Notes under the pieces: model-generated
What the model saw: the letters and a program-made list of their open reading frames with translations, nothing else
What the model was told of the DNA's origin: nothing
Databases searched by the model: none
Program-made: the position numbers and the translations under genes
Shown here: positions 19,011 to 29,026 of the stretch, one piece after another
How positions within the stretch are numbered: the first letter of the stretch is position 1
How the letters are laid out: each line of letters opens with the position of its first letter
Assembly (NCBI GenBank): GCA_965140585.1
Contig: OZ223269.1
Coordinates: 928,001-992,000 of the forward strand
Reading direction: 5' to 3'
Source: Spirochaetia bacterium
GTDB lineage: Bacteria; Spirochaetota; Spirochaetia; UBA9216
DNA length: 64,000 nt

Positions 19011-20136
19011 AGGAGATTTTATTGGTGAACGATTAAGAGAAGCAAGAGAATTCAATGAATTATCACAAACCAAATTAGCTCAATTAATTGGTGTACAACG
19101 TCAGACAATCTCTGCAATTGAGAAAGATGTACAAAATCCCAATGCTGAGAATACTATTAAGATATCTAATGCTTTGAAATTTCCTATTGAATATTTCTAT
19201 TACGACAATAATTATAATAATAAAATAACAGGAGTAACAACATTTCGAAGTGTTAAATCAAGCTCTAAAAGAAAAAAATTAAGAGCTGAAATATTTATAA
19301 AATGGTTATACCAGATAATTATTAATTTGAAAGAATACGTAGAATTTCCTGAATTTAATTTGGAAGGTTATGAAAATATTGATTATAAGAAATTAAAACC
19401 ACATGATATTGAAATAATAACTGATGAAATACGAAATAGATTAAATATAGGTTTTGGTCCAATTATAAATATTGTGAATTTAATTGAAAATCAAGGAGTA
19501 TTTGTTGGTGTATCAGAATTTCCCGAAAAAATTGATGCATTTTCAGCTTCATACAAGAATTTTGCAACAATGTTGTCTTCTTTTGAAAATAACAAAGCAG
19601 CCCGGAATAGATTTAATTTAGCACATGAACTAGGGCATATTGTTTTACATCGTTTAATTGATGAAGAACAATATATTGAAGATTTTAATCTGATTGAAAA
19701 ACAAGCACATAGGTTTGCTTCTTCGTTGTTATTACCTAGAAATGAATTTACAAAAGAATTCTTTTCAACTGATTTAAATAATTTGATTCGAATGAAAGAG
19801 CGATGGCATGTTTCAATAGCAGCTATTGTTGTACGTGCAAGACAATTAAATTTAATTTCAGAAGATAAAATGAGTAATGTATTTAGAAGAATGAATTATA
19901 ATGGTATTAGAAAGATTGAACCACTTGATGATAGATTAATCATAGATAGACCTACTTTGTTAAAAAAAGCTATCGAATTAATAATTGATAACGATGTATC
20001 AACTAAGGAAAAATTTATAAAGGAAGTAGGCGTACCAGGTACTTTTATTGCTCAAATAGTAGATCTTGAAGATGATTATTTTATAGAACATAATAAAATT
20101 ATTGACTTCAACTTAAAATTAAAAAATAGTACATAA
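18997..20136 (+). CDS. XRE HTH + ImmA/IrrE (DUF955) Zn metallopeptidase
   Basis: LREARE..LSQTKLA HTH; RFNLAHELGH; EKQAHRFASSLLLP. Confidence 0.9.
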   Translation: MESFRGDFIGERLREAREFNELSQTKLAQLIGVQRQTISAIEKDVQNPNAENTIKISNALKFPIEYFYYDNNYNNKITGVTTFRSVKSSSKRKKLRAEIFIKWLYQIIINLKEYVEFPEFNLEGYENIDYKKLKPHDIEIITDEIRNRLNIGFGPIINIVNLIENQGVFVGVSEFPEKIDAFSASYKNFATMLSSFENNKAARNRFNLAHELGHIVLHRLIDEEQYIEDFNLIEKQAHRFASSLLLPRNEFTKEFFSTDLNNLIRMKERWHVSIAAIVVRARQLNLISEDKMSNVFRRMNYNGIRKIEPLDDRLIIDRPTLLKKAIELIIDNDVSTKEKFIKEVGVPGTFIAQIVDLEDDYFIEHNKIIDFNLKLKNST

Positions 20137-20269
20137 CAAGAGATTTGGAGTAGTCAAAATTTATTGTCACGATTCTGGCTAAAGACGTTCGGGCAATGGC
20201 CCTCACTCCAGAATCGCGCCAATTCCGCGAAGACGCGGAACAATTTTGCTACTCAAATCGTCGTTCTAC
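20131..20269 (+). repeat. attC site 12
   Basis: ACATAAC (contains stop)...GTTCTAC. Confidence 0.93.
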
Positions 20270-20286
20270 GGACAAAAGGTGAGAAA

Positions 20287-21297
20287 ATGAGAAAAACACC
20301 AATTGAAAAACTAAAAACTAAAATCACACGATTAAAAAGTGATTCAAATATTGAAGTACTTAATGATCGAGTAAAAATCCGAAATAAAATTTTTTTTAAA
20401 TATAATGAGTCATTTATAGAGTATTCCAAGAGAAGATACTATCCAACAAAAAAAGATGATATTGTTGATGATAACTATACTACCAAAATTCTTCTTGATG
20501 AAAAAAACATCAATATTCTTGGATCAAATATTATTAATCCACCAAAGGGTATTTCAATTGTACTAGACTCATTGAGAAACCTAGTATCAAAAAACATTAA
20601 CCATATTATAATAGGAGATATAAACTCCTTAGAACCGAATACTGTACAAATAACTTATGAATTATATAATGAGATCTTAAATATAGATAAATCAGAACGA
20701 AATGAAAAAAAAGTTAGGTTTAGTAATAGGATTATTCCATTTCTTAACGATAGACTTGGAACTGATCTTGAGAAGTTTGATACTGAAATTGATTATTCTC
20801 TTCTTTTAAATGAATTTCTAACTAGTGGTGAATTTACAAATGAAGATATACTTGCTTTATCAGACAAGATTTCCTCAGGTAGTTTAAATAAAATAGTAAT
20901 CGAAAAACAGATTTTTAAGCAAGCTGATTGGTTGATATCAAGTATGCAAGATATAATTGATACTATCCCTCTTTCAAATGATATAGCAAAGAATCTAGGT
21001 AAAAAAAATTTTGGTTTTAGTAAGATCGATATAACTGGTCCTGAACATCTAATGGAAAAAATATTAACCATCTATGGTAAAACTATCATTTTTGGTGTTC
21101 CTTTTCTGATAAACACAGACAAATATGTTATATCAAAAGCAAAAAAGGGCCTTTCACGTTCTCAATTTGATCTTATCCTTGTTAATCATCTAGCTGATAT
21201 ACAAGTTGTTGAATTAAAAAGATCTGATAAATTCTTATTAGATTATGATTCTTCAAGAGCAAAGTTCTATCCTTTTATGAAAGTAATAATCAAATAA
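20287..21297 (+). pseudogene. Shedu/DUF4263-like nuclease protein, C-terminally truncated
   Basis: FDLILVN...VVELKR...YDSSR.KFY then abrupt end. Confidence 0.6.
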
Positions 21298-21398
21298 GTT
21301 ATTTTTATCCAAATGATTGTGATGGCGATGGAGATATAGATTTTTTGATTTATACTGCTATGGAAAGTAATTCATTTGTGTTTTTAGAACAAAAGTAA
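21270..21398 (+). pseudogene. 3' remnant of an unrelated FG-GAP/VCBS-like gene
   Basis: Other frame reads ...NDCDGDGDIDFLIY...VFLEQK*. Confidence 0.55.
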
Positions 21399-21439
21399 AA
21401 ACTCGATTTATTTAAAATAGAAAAATATAATTTAGCTAC

Positions 21440-21578
21440 AGATAACAAGAGATTTGGAGTAGTCAAAACCTTTGTCACAGTTCTGGCTAAAGACACTCCG
21501 CGCTGATCGCGCTGCGTTCCAGAACTGCGCCAAGCCTCGAAGACTCGGCCGGTTTCGCTACTCAAATCGTCGTTATAA
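21440..21578 (+). repeat. attC site 13
   Basis: AGATAAC...GTTATAA. Confidence 0.92.
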
Positions 21579-21703
21579 GGAATACTTTGGAGCGATACGA
21601 AGAATTTAAGATATTACGCATATAAATTCCTTAAATATAAATAATTAAATAATTTATTGTGTTAATTTGCGAAAGATAAAAATCCCAATATTGCCTAAAT
21701 TGA

Positions 21704-21751
21704 TTGAAAAATCATTCATTTATGTGTATATTTATAGTGTAAGATACACAT
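21704..21751 (+). promoter_or_regulatory. vapBC promoter/operator
   Basis: TTGAAA-17-TATATT; ATGTGTAT...ATACACAT inverted repeat, conserved in the copy at 37673-37720. Confidence 0.75.
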
Positions 21752-21764
21752 TGGAGGCACTTGT

Positions 21765-21959
21765 ATGCGAACAAATATAGTGATTGATGATAGTTTAATG
21801 AATCAAGCAATTGAATTATCTGGATACAATACAAAGAAAGAAACAGTTGAAGAAGCTTTAAGAATGTTAATAAAGTTCAAACAGCAGAATGCGATAAGAT
21901 CATTAAGAGGCAAATTGAAGTGGGAAGGCGATCTTGATGAGATGAGAATTGATAAATGA
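21765..21959 (+). CDS. vapB: VapB antitoxin
   Basis: MRTNIVIDDSLM...TKKETVEEAL...WEGDLDEMR. Confidence 0.88.
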   Translation: MRTNIVIDDSLMNQAIELSGYNTKKETVEEALRMLIKFKQQNAIRSLRGKLKWEGDLDEMRIDK

Positions 21960-22348
21960 TTGTTGTAGATACATCAGCTTGGATAGATTATTTTAATGGA
22001 AAAAAGGCTCCTCATACGGATAGATTGGATAAAGATTTAGGAATAGAAAGAGTAATTATAGGAGATTTAATAATTACAGAATTATTGCAAGGATTTAAAA
22101 ATGATAAAGATTATGGAATAGCTAAGAAATTAATAGGAAGTCTTGAATATAGAGATTTTGTCGGCAAAGAAATAGCAATCCAGGCAGCAGATAATTATAG
22201 ATTTTTAAGAAAAAGGGGAGTAACTGTAAGAAAAACAATAGATGTGCTAATAGCAACTTTTTGTATAGAAAACGGATATGAACTAATACATAATGATAAA
22301 GATTTCGAACCTTTTGAAGAATATCTTGGATTAAAAGTAAGAAGATAG
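21956..22348 (+). CDS. vapC: VapC PIN-domain toxin
   Basis: VDTSAWIDY...ELLQG...TIDVLIA...HNDKDF. Confidence 0.92.
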   Translation: MIVVDTSAWIDYFNGKKAPHTDRLDKDLGIERVIIGDLIITELLQGFKNDKDYGIAKKLIGSLEYRDFVGKEIAIQAADNYRFLRKRGVTVRKTIDVLIATFCIENGYELIHNDKDFEPFEEYLGLKVRR

Positions 22349-22443
22349 AAGAAAAGAAAGAGAAAAGAAGAAAGAAATTTTAAAATACCAACAGCTTAAG
22401 AGATTAATAAAAATGATGCATTAAAATGTAAATCAAAGTATCC

Positions 22444-22582
22444 TTATAACAAGAGATTTGGAGTAGTCAAAATTTATTGTCACGATTCTGGCTAAAGACG
22501 TTCGGGCAATGGCCCTCACTCCAGAATCGCGCCAATTCGGCGAAGACGCCGAACAATTTTGCTACTCAAATCGTCGTTATGA
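22444..22582 (+). repeat. attC site 14
   Basis: TTATAAC...GTTATGA. Confidence 0.93.
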
Positions 22583-22600
22583 GGAATTTAGGAGAGAATT

Positions 22601-23860
22601 ATGGCAAAGTATAAAAAACGTGATTCATATCGTGGTTTATATGATGTTCTCATTGAAAGTGAAAATACAAAAACGCCACTATCTGTTGATGAGATTGCTC
22701 AAAAATCTGGATATAAAGCTGGTAGTGTTGGTGCCTATATCAGAAATAAATTGAAGAACGTGTATCTATTTGAAATAGAACAAAATAAATATATTGCAAG
22801 AGGAATTAGAAGCCTTAATTTTGAAACATTTTCCTATTTTATGTCTCAAAAAAGTCATGTAGTTGAGCAGGGGGATGAATCTTTACTTCTTAACCTTATT
22901 AATAGAAGTTTACAAGCGTTTTATTTATCAATCGGAACATATAATAATCCAGTTCTAAAATATAGAGTAGAATCATTTAGTATTTTAATAGCAAACGCTT
23001 GGGAGTTATTATTGAAAGCTAGAATAATAGAGAAATATGGAGAAGAAGAAATAAAAAGAACTCAAGATAAAACTATTAGCCTTCTAACAGCTGTAGCAAA
23101 AGTGTTCCCAGAAAAATCAAATCCAATTAGAAAAAATATAGAGAAAATAAATGAATTAAGAGATAAATCAATACATTTATTGATACCAGATATACAAAAA
23201 ACTTTGTCTAGGATTTTCCAGGCTTCAGTATTAAATTATTTAGAATGCATTGAAGAATTTAAATATCATAATCCATATGGAACTGAAATGCCTGGTTTAT
23301 TATCACTTATTTCTGATAAAAATGAATTAGATGATATTAATATAATAAATAAATATGGGGAAAATACTAAAACAATAGTAAAAAAGTTTTTAGAAGATTT
23401 TAATAAAGAAGAAGATGAGATTAAATCTTATCATCTTGCTATTCCTTTAGAATATAAAGTTGTTTTGACAAAAAAAGAAGGGGAAGGGGATCTGAAATTA
23501 TCTATTTCAGATGAAGGTGCGAATGCAAAATTAATTGAAGTTCCTAAAGATCACAATCGAACACACCCATATACCTCAAAAGATATAATTCAAAAAATTA
23601 ATGAAATATTATTCGCTGAGAAATTTGATGAAAAAATGACTTCTTATACTTTTCAAGGTATGTTATTAATTGAAAATATTAGAACAACTCATGATAATCA
23701 ATATTATCACCTTATTGAAAATCCTAAAACACATACATATTCTGATCTACTAATTGATTTAGTTATGCACAAAATAAAAACTAATGAAAAATATTTAGAA
23801 ACTTGTAAGATAAAATGGAGTGAATTATTGAAAACAAAAAGAAGAAAAAAATCCTCATAA
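22601..23860 (+). CDS. DUF3644 (HEPN-like) protein with N-terminal winged-HTH-like region
   Basis: YNNP...YRVESFSILIANAWELLLKA...LRDKSIH (Rx4H). Confidence 0.75.
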   Translation: MAKYKKRDSYRGLYDVLIESENTKTPLSVDEIAQKSGYKAGSVGAYIRNKLKNVYLFEIEQNKYIARGIRSLNFETFSYFMSQKSHVVEQGDESLLLNLINRSLQAFYLSIGTYNNPVLKYRVESFSILIANAWELLLKARIIEKYGEEEIKRTQDKTISLLTAVAKVFPEKSNPIRKNIEKINELRDKSIHLLIPDIQKTLSRIFQASVLNYLECIEEFKYHNPYGTEMPGLLSLISDKNELDDINIINKYGENTKTIVKKFLEDFNKEEDEIKSYHLAIPLEYKVVLTKKEGEGDLKLSISDEGANAKLIEVPKDHNRTHPYTSKDIIQKINEILFAEKFDEKMTSYTFQGMLLIENIRTTHDNQYYHLIENPKTHTYSDLLIDLVMHKIKTNEKYLETCKIKWSELLKTKRRKKSS

Positions 23861-23993
23861 CAAGAGATTTGGAGTAGTCAAAACTTTTGTCACAGTTCTG
23901 GCTAAAGACACTCCGCGCTGATCGCGCTGCGTTCCAGAACTGCGCCAAGCCTCGAAGACTCGGCCCGTTTTGCTACTCAAATCGTCGTTAAAT
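23855..23993 (+). repeat. attC site 15
   Basis: TCATAAC (contains stop)...GTTAAAT. Confidence 0.93.
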
Positions 23994-24026
23994 TGAAAGC
24001 AACTGTTTATTTAGGAATAGAGAAAA

Positions 24027-24857
24027 TTGAGAAGATATATATTGTTTAATATTGTATTGTATTTTGTTTCATTACAGGTATATACAATCGAGATATCAAT
24101 TGGGGATTCGTTAAAAGACATTATAGGGAATATTAATGAAGATGATTATTTAGGAATGGATAATCTTGGGCTTTGGCCAGAAAATGAATACCATGTGTAT
24201 AATATTGAAGATGATAATAGGATTTTTCTATCAATGAACTTTTATCCCTTTGGTGTATTAGTAGAAAAGAATGATACACATGTCTTTCTCATTGATTTTG
24301 ATGGAGATTCATATTTAGACTTTGAAGCCAATTATCTTTACATTCCACCTTGGGTTATTTCACTTAATTCAAATGGATCACATTCAGGGAATTTTATGTT
24401 GGAATACCTCGATTTAACTTCTAAAGCATTCCAATCTGACGAGTTACCTCAAGATTCAGATGATATGAAAATCAGAACAACAAAATTAATTGAGATTGCT
24501 GATAATAGAAATGCAGAAGACCGTGTTTATGTATATTACGATTATTTGTATAACTATCTATACAGTCGTAAGGAATATGAAACAGCATATTACTGCTTAC
24601 AGAATTTATTTCAATCAATGAATTCTCCACAAAATGAAACAATCCTAATTTATATGGTCGAATTGGCTTATCGAAATGGTCAACTGAATGAATCTAGAGG
24701 ATTGAATAATATTCTTATTGAGTATTTTCCAGACTTTATTCCAGGACTTGTATATCAATATATACTAGAAGAGGATCAAGAATTAAAGGAAAAGTATAAA
24801 ATGGTTTTATTAGAAGAGCATGCGAATCATTGGATGGTTAAGGAAAAAATAAAATAG
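24027..24857 (+). CDS. Secreted hypothetical protein, TPR-like C-terminus
   Basis: Signal peptide-like N-terminus; DFDGD loop. Confidence 0.6.
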   Translation: MRRYILFNIVLYFVSLQVYTIEISIGDSLKDIIGNINEDDYLGMDNLGLWPENEYHVYNIEDDNRIFLSMNFYPFGVLVEKNDTHVFLIDFDGDSYLDFEANYLYIPPWVISLNSNGSHSGNFMLEYLDLTSKAFQSDELPQDSDDMKIRTTKLIEIADNRNAEDRVYVYYDYLYNYLYSRKEYETAYYCLQNLFQSMNSPQNETILIYMVELAYRNGQLNESRGLNNILIEYFPDFIPGLVYQYILEEDQELKEKYKMVLLEEHANHWMVKEKIK

Positions 24858-24930
24858 CTTAATTCTATATTCCAACCTGATGTATATGAGTCAAAAACAT
24901 GGGCAAATAATTCTTGCCTTATAGAAGGAT

Positions 24931-26214
24931 ATGCAAATGATTTTACAACACCGAAGATTTATGCTGTTTTTATTTCTTATTGAAATATTTGTCAGAAACA
25001 TTTTTGCAATAGGAATAGAATTGATCAATATTCCAAATATTCCCGGATTTGAAGAATTTAATGAAGAAATACAATTTATATTTCAAAATGAGTTTTATTT
25101 TGATGTATATGTACCTGATGAATATTGGAAATATGATTCTTCAAAACAAGATTTAGCAAATGAGGTTACTCATTTTGCAGAAATACTTGAAGGGCTTGAT
25201 AATTCAAAACAGAATCAGGACTTAGCTTTGTTAAAAGGTTTGCTCTATTTCTATTTATATAATCTTGATCAACCAGGCTCTCTTAATAAGGCGATTCATC
25301 AGATGGAAATAATAGGGAACTATTCTAATCCTGATTATAGATATATTTGGTTTCTTGCCGCAATCCAATCTGCTTCAACAGAAAGCTATAAAGCAATAGA
25401 TAATTTTCAATATATTGAAAACCGAATTCCTGAAGATAAAATCCATCCCAGATTTTGGTATGATTATGCAATCGCATCATCTTTAGCATTTATGCCTTCA
25501 AAAGCCCTTGATTGTTATGAAAAACTTGGCAAATATAGTGATTATGATTTACAAAATGATAAATTCTATATTGATCTAAGAGATAATTTCATAAGAGCTT
25601 CAAGTGATGATTTTATTGATAAAAATGAACTTTTTACTTTCTATAATTATGAAAATGGACCGGGAGTAATATCTCGCCAATTGGGGATCTGGATGCCCCT
25701 AAAAAACAGTTGGTATCCTATGCTTGCTGATTATAAAAATCATTTTAGTGCTATCAAGTTCTCATCAGAACCAATAATTAATGAAGATACTGTAGATGGA
25801 ATCTCATATACAATAACTACATTCTTCTTTCATAACACGGATTCTATTTTATCTAAGTTCAACTCGATAGCTCCTAATGTTGAAGAAATTAGGAATTCTG
25901 AATTTGATCCCATGTTTACAGTTTTAGAAATTAGTGAACCAGAGAAGTATCCTCATATGGGTGGAGCACATGGATATGTCGTAATTTATGAAAAAGATAT
26001 TAGCAATTCAAAAACTATAGATATTGAGAAACCAATAGAAATGGAATATGAAAAAGATGGATCACCAAAATATTTCCATTTAGATAAAAACTACTTACGG
26101 TTGGATGGTAAAATCTCATATGTCTTCCTTCTAGATAGTTGTGAATTTATCTTTGAAGAGTCAAAAAAAGATTTTATCGAATTTATTACAAACATGGTAA
26201 TTGAAGACAATTAG
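24931..26214 (+). CDS. Secreted hypothetical protein, TPR-like N-terminal half
   Basis: 427-aa ORF with hydrophobic N-terminus; same cassette as the preceding gene. Confidence 0.6.
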   Translation: MQMILQHRRFMLFLFLIEIFVRNIFAIGIELINIPNIPGFEEFNEEIQFIFQNEFYFDVYVPDEYWKYDSSKQDLANEVTHFAEILEGLDNSKQNQDLALLKGLLYFYLYNLDQPGSLNKAIHQMEIIGNYSNPDYRYIWFLAAIQSASTESYKAIDNFQYIENRIPEDKIHPRFWYDYAIASSLAFMPSKALDCYEKLGKYSDYDLQNDKFYIDLRDNFIRASSDDFIDKNELFTFYNYENGPGVISRQLGIWMPLKNSWYPMLADYKNHFSAIKFSSEPIINEDTVDGISYTITTFFFHNTDSILSKFNSIAPNVEEIRNSEFDPMFTVLEISEPEKYPHMGGAHGYVVIYEKDISNSKTIDIEKPIEMEYEKDGSPKYFHLDKNYLRLDGKISYVFLLDSCEFIFEESKKDFIEFITNMVIEDN

Positions 26215-26217
26215 TCA

Positions 26218-26315
26218 ATTTAACAATGATTTGCTACGGATTTGCCTTTGTCACAATTATTGCTATTCGCAATAATTCCGCCAAATACGGCAAACCGCAG
26301 AAATCGGCGTTATAT
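26218..26315 (+). repeat. attC site 16 (short variant, 98 bp)
   Basis: ATTTAAC...GATTT(G)CTACGG(A)TTTGCC/GGCAAACCGCAGAAATC...GTTATAT. Confidence 0.88.
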
Positions 26316-26336
26316 AGAATTAAGATGAGATTAATG

Positions 26337-26364
26337 TTGACAAAAGACGGTATAGTAGTATAAT
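26337..26364 (+). promoter_or_regulatory. Consensus sigma70 promoter
   Basis: TTGACA-16-TATAAT. Confidence 0.75.
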
Positions 26365-26420
26365 TTAAGGGTCTAATATGTATAAAAATTACAGAATTAC
26401 ACTTTAAATTGGGTAAATAC

Positions 26421-27716
26421 ATGATTATTGACTTTTCAGTTAGCAATTTTTTATCAATAAATGATGAAATCTCTTTAAGTTTTACAGCAAATAATAAAAA
26501 AAGTGATGACGAAGTTAAAATAGTTCCTGTGGATGGTAAGAGATATGATTTATATACATTTACCGCTATATATGGGCCAAATGCTTCAGGGAAAACTAAT
26601 ATAATAAAAGCACTCTCGCAGTTTATAAACTTAATACTATACTCACATAGATCTGATTTAGATCAATTGATATCAGCTTATCAACCATTTCGATTAGATA
26701 AAAAAAATTCTAAGTTACCAGTTTCTTTTGAAATTGAGTTTATTGTTGAAGACATTCGTTATATTTATAGTATAGAATTTAATGAAAAAGCTTTTTTAAA
26801 GGAAGAATTGCATTTTTTTCCTGAGGGACGAAAAGCGATTTTATTCATTCGCGAAAATGAAAATGTAAAGTATGGAAGTTATTTTACTGGAGAGAAGAAA
26901 AATCTTGAAACCTTTTTGCTTCCTAATAGATTATTTCTTTCGGTAGTTGCAAATTCAAAAAACAATATACTCAATACAATATATAGATTCTTTAGAGATT
27001 CAATTAATATACACGTTAGGATGGATTCCTCTGATCGTCCTTTTCATAGTACTACATTTGAATTGAGAGATAAGGAAGATGAATTTAAAGATGTTTTGTT
27101 AAGAATACTAAAAGCAGCAGATCTTTCAGTCGCAGATATAAGATTGGATGAGGATGAAGACGTATCTGAAAAATTACAACTTCCAGATGACATTCCTGAT
27201 GAGATTAGAAAAAAAATTATAAATGATTTTAAGTACACACCATTATTAGGACATAATATCTTCGATAACGGTGTACAAACTAATGAAATTGAATATTTTG
27301 ATCTTGATTCAGAAGAATCTACTGGAACAATAAAAATGTATGATATAGCTGGAGAAGTTATCGCAGCATTAAAAACTGGTAAAATTTTAATAATTGATGA
27401 ATTTAACAGTGGGTTACATCCATTGTTAAATAAATTTATAATTGAATTATTTACTAATGAGAAGATTAATATCAATAATTCACAATTGTTAATTTCAACA
27501 CATGATACTTGTGCATTAGATTTACAAATTCTGAAAAGAGAACAAATATGGTTTACTGATAAGAAAAAAGATAATTCTACAGATTTATACTCTTTAGATG
27601 AATTTGATAAAAATGTCGTTAGAGAAAAATCTAGGTATTCAAAAATGTACTTAGACGGTAGATTTAAAGCTATTCCAACAACAAGTATTGGAGATTTGAT
27701 AAAGGGTATTTTTTAA
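26421..27716 (+). CDS. RloA/AbiLi-like AAA_21 ATPase
   Basis: VSNFLSI, YGPNASGKTN, ESTGT, IIDE..SGLHP, STHD, REQIWFTDK, YLDGRF.AIP. Confidence 0.88.
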   Translation: MIIDFSVSNFLSINDEISLSFTANNKKSDDEVKIVPVDGKRYDLYTFTAIYGPNASGKTNIIKALSQFINLILYSHRSDLDQLISAYQPFRLDKKNSKLPVSFEIEFIVEDIRYIYSIEFNEKAFLKEELHFFPEGRKAILFIRENENVKYGSYFTGEKKNLETFLLPNRLFLSVVANSKNNILNTIYRFFRDSINIHVRMDSSDRPFHSTTFELRDKEDEFKDVLLRILKAADLSVADIRLDEDEDVSEKLQLPDDIPDEIRKKIINDFKYTPLLGHNIFDNGVQTNEIEYFDLDSEESTGTIKMYDIAGEVIAALKTGKILIIDEFNSGLHPLLNKFIIELFTNEKININNSQLLISTHDTCALDLQILKREQIWFTDKKKDNSTDLYSLDEFDKNVVREKSRYSKMYLDGRFKAIPTTSIGDLIKGIF

Positions 27717-28343
27717 TGCCTAAACCAAGAAAACAATCAGGTTCAAGAAAACTACAACATAGAATGTATATTCTTTGTGAAGGTATGAAAAATAAATCTG
27801 AAAGTGCATATTTTAAAGCCTTAATTAGAGAATGCAAATTTGTTAGTAATAAAATTGATGTTAAAGTAATTGATACAGAAAAAAAATACAGGAAAAGAAT
27901 TAGTCGCTGAGGCTAAAAAATGTCGAATAATTCCAGAAGATAAAATATGGGTGGTTTATGATAAAGATGGTTATACTAAACACCCTGAAACCTTTTCTAA
28001 TGCCAAGGATGCAGGTATAAAAATTGCATTTTCAGCTATATCATTTGAAACTTGGATTTTGATGCATTATGAGTATACTGCAAAAGCATTTGATAGAAGT
28101 GAAGATATTATAAAATATTTGAGTGGGAAAAATTATTTAGATTATAAAAAGGGTGACAAAACTATTTATGAGCAAACCAAATCTTTAATTGAAACTGCTA
28201 TAACTAACTCAAATCGTCTAAGAAAAAGTCAAATTGAAAGTAATCCTCGAAACTTTAAAATATATAATCTAAATCCATATACTGATATTGATCTTGTAAT
28301 TATTGATATTAGAGAAATGGAAGAATTAGAAAAATCTATATAA
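27716..28343 (+). pseudogene. RloB/AbiLii-like TOPRIM protein split by +1 frameshift in A8 run (27879-27886)
   Basis: ILCEG..SE..YF in first frame; WVVYDKD, SFETWILMHY, NPYTD in second. Confidence 0.82.
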
Positions 28344-28472
28344 CAAGAGATTTGGAGTAGTCAAAATTTATTGTCACGATTCTGGCTAAAGACACTCGCT
28401 GATCGCTCGTTCCAGAATCGCGCCAATTCGGCGAGACGCCGAACAATTTTGCTACTCAAATCGTCGTTATGC
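28338..28472 (+). repeat. attC site 17
   Basis: ATATAAC (contains stop)...GTTATGC. Confidence 0.92.
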
Positions 28473-28513
28473 ATATATAGGTGGCAAAAATAGATATTGA
28501 TAGAATATTTTGA

Positions 28514-29017
28514 ATGGCAATAATGAATATATCAGCTCAATATTTTCAAATACCAATTGCGAATAAAGAAAAACCAATCTATATAGAAAGGGTTTATTGT
28601 TATGAATTGTATCACCAGATGAGAAAAGAATGGGATGAACATGAGCGATATCAATTATGTGGAGAATTGGATAAATCGGGACATCCCCTAATAAGAAATA
28701 ATATTCTTGATAAAAGTAAACCTGATTTTTTAGTACATGAACCTGGGAATATGGATGGAAATCTACTTGTAATTGAAGTGAAACCAGTTAATGCAAGAAA
28801 AAATGGGCTTAAAAAGGATTTAGAGACATTAACTAATTATCATACTTTAGCAAATTACAGCAGAGCTATTCTTTTAATTTATGGTGATGATGATATTGCG
28901 AAATTAAAACGAAATATTATGGAAATATCAAAAAAATACGATGAGATTTCTTTAGAATTGATAGAAATTTATTGGCATAAAGAAGTTGGTAGAGAAATAA
29001 TAAAAATTGAGATATAG
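28514..29017 (+). CDS. PD-(D/E)xK nuclease-like protein
   Basis: ERVYCYELYHQ...PDFLVH...VIEVK; an in-frame GTG at 28481 is cut off by TGA at 28511. Confidence 0.7.
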   Translation: MAIMNISAQYFQIPIANKEKPIYIERVYCYELYHQMRKEWDEHERYQLCGELDKSGHPLIRNNILDKSKPDFLVHEPGNMDGNLLVIEVKPVNARKNGLKKDLETLTNYHTLANYSRAILLIYGDDDIAKLKRNIMEISKKYDEISLELIEIYWHKEVGREIIKIEI

Positions 29018-29026
29018 AAATTTGAG

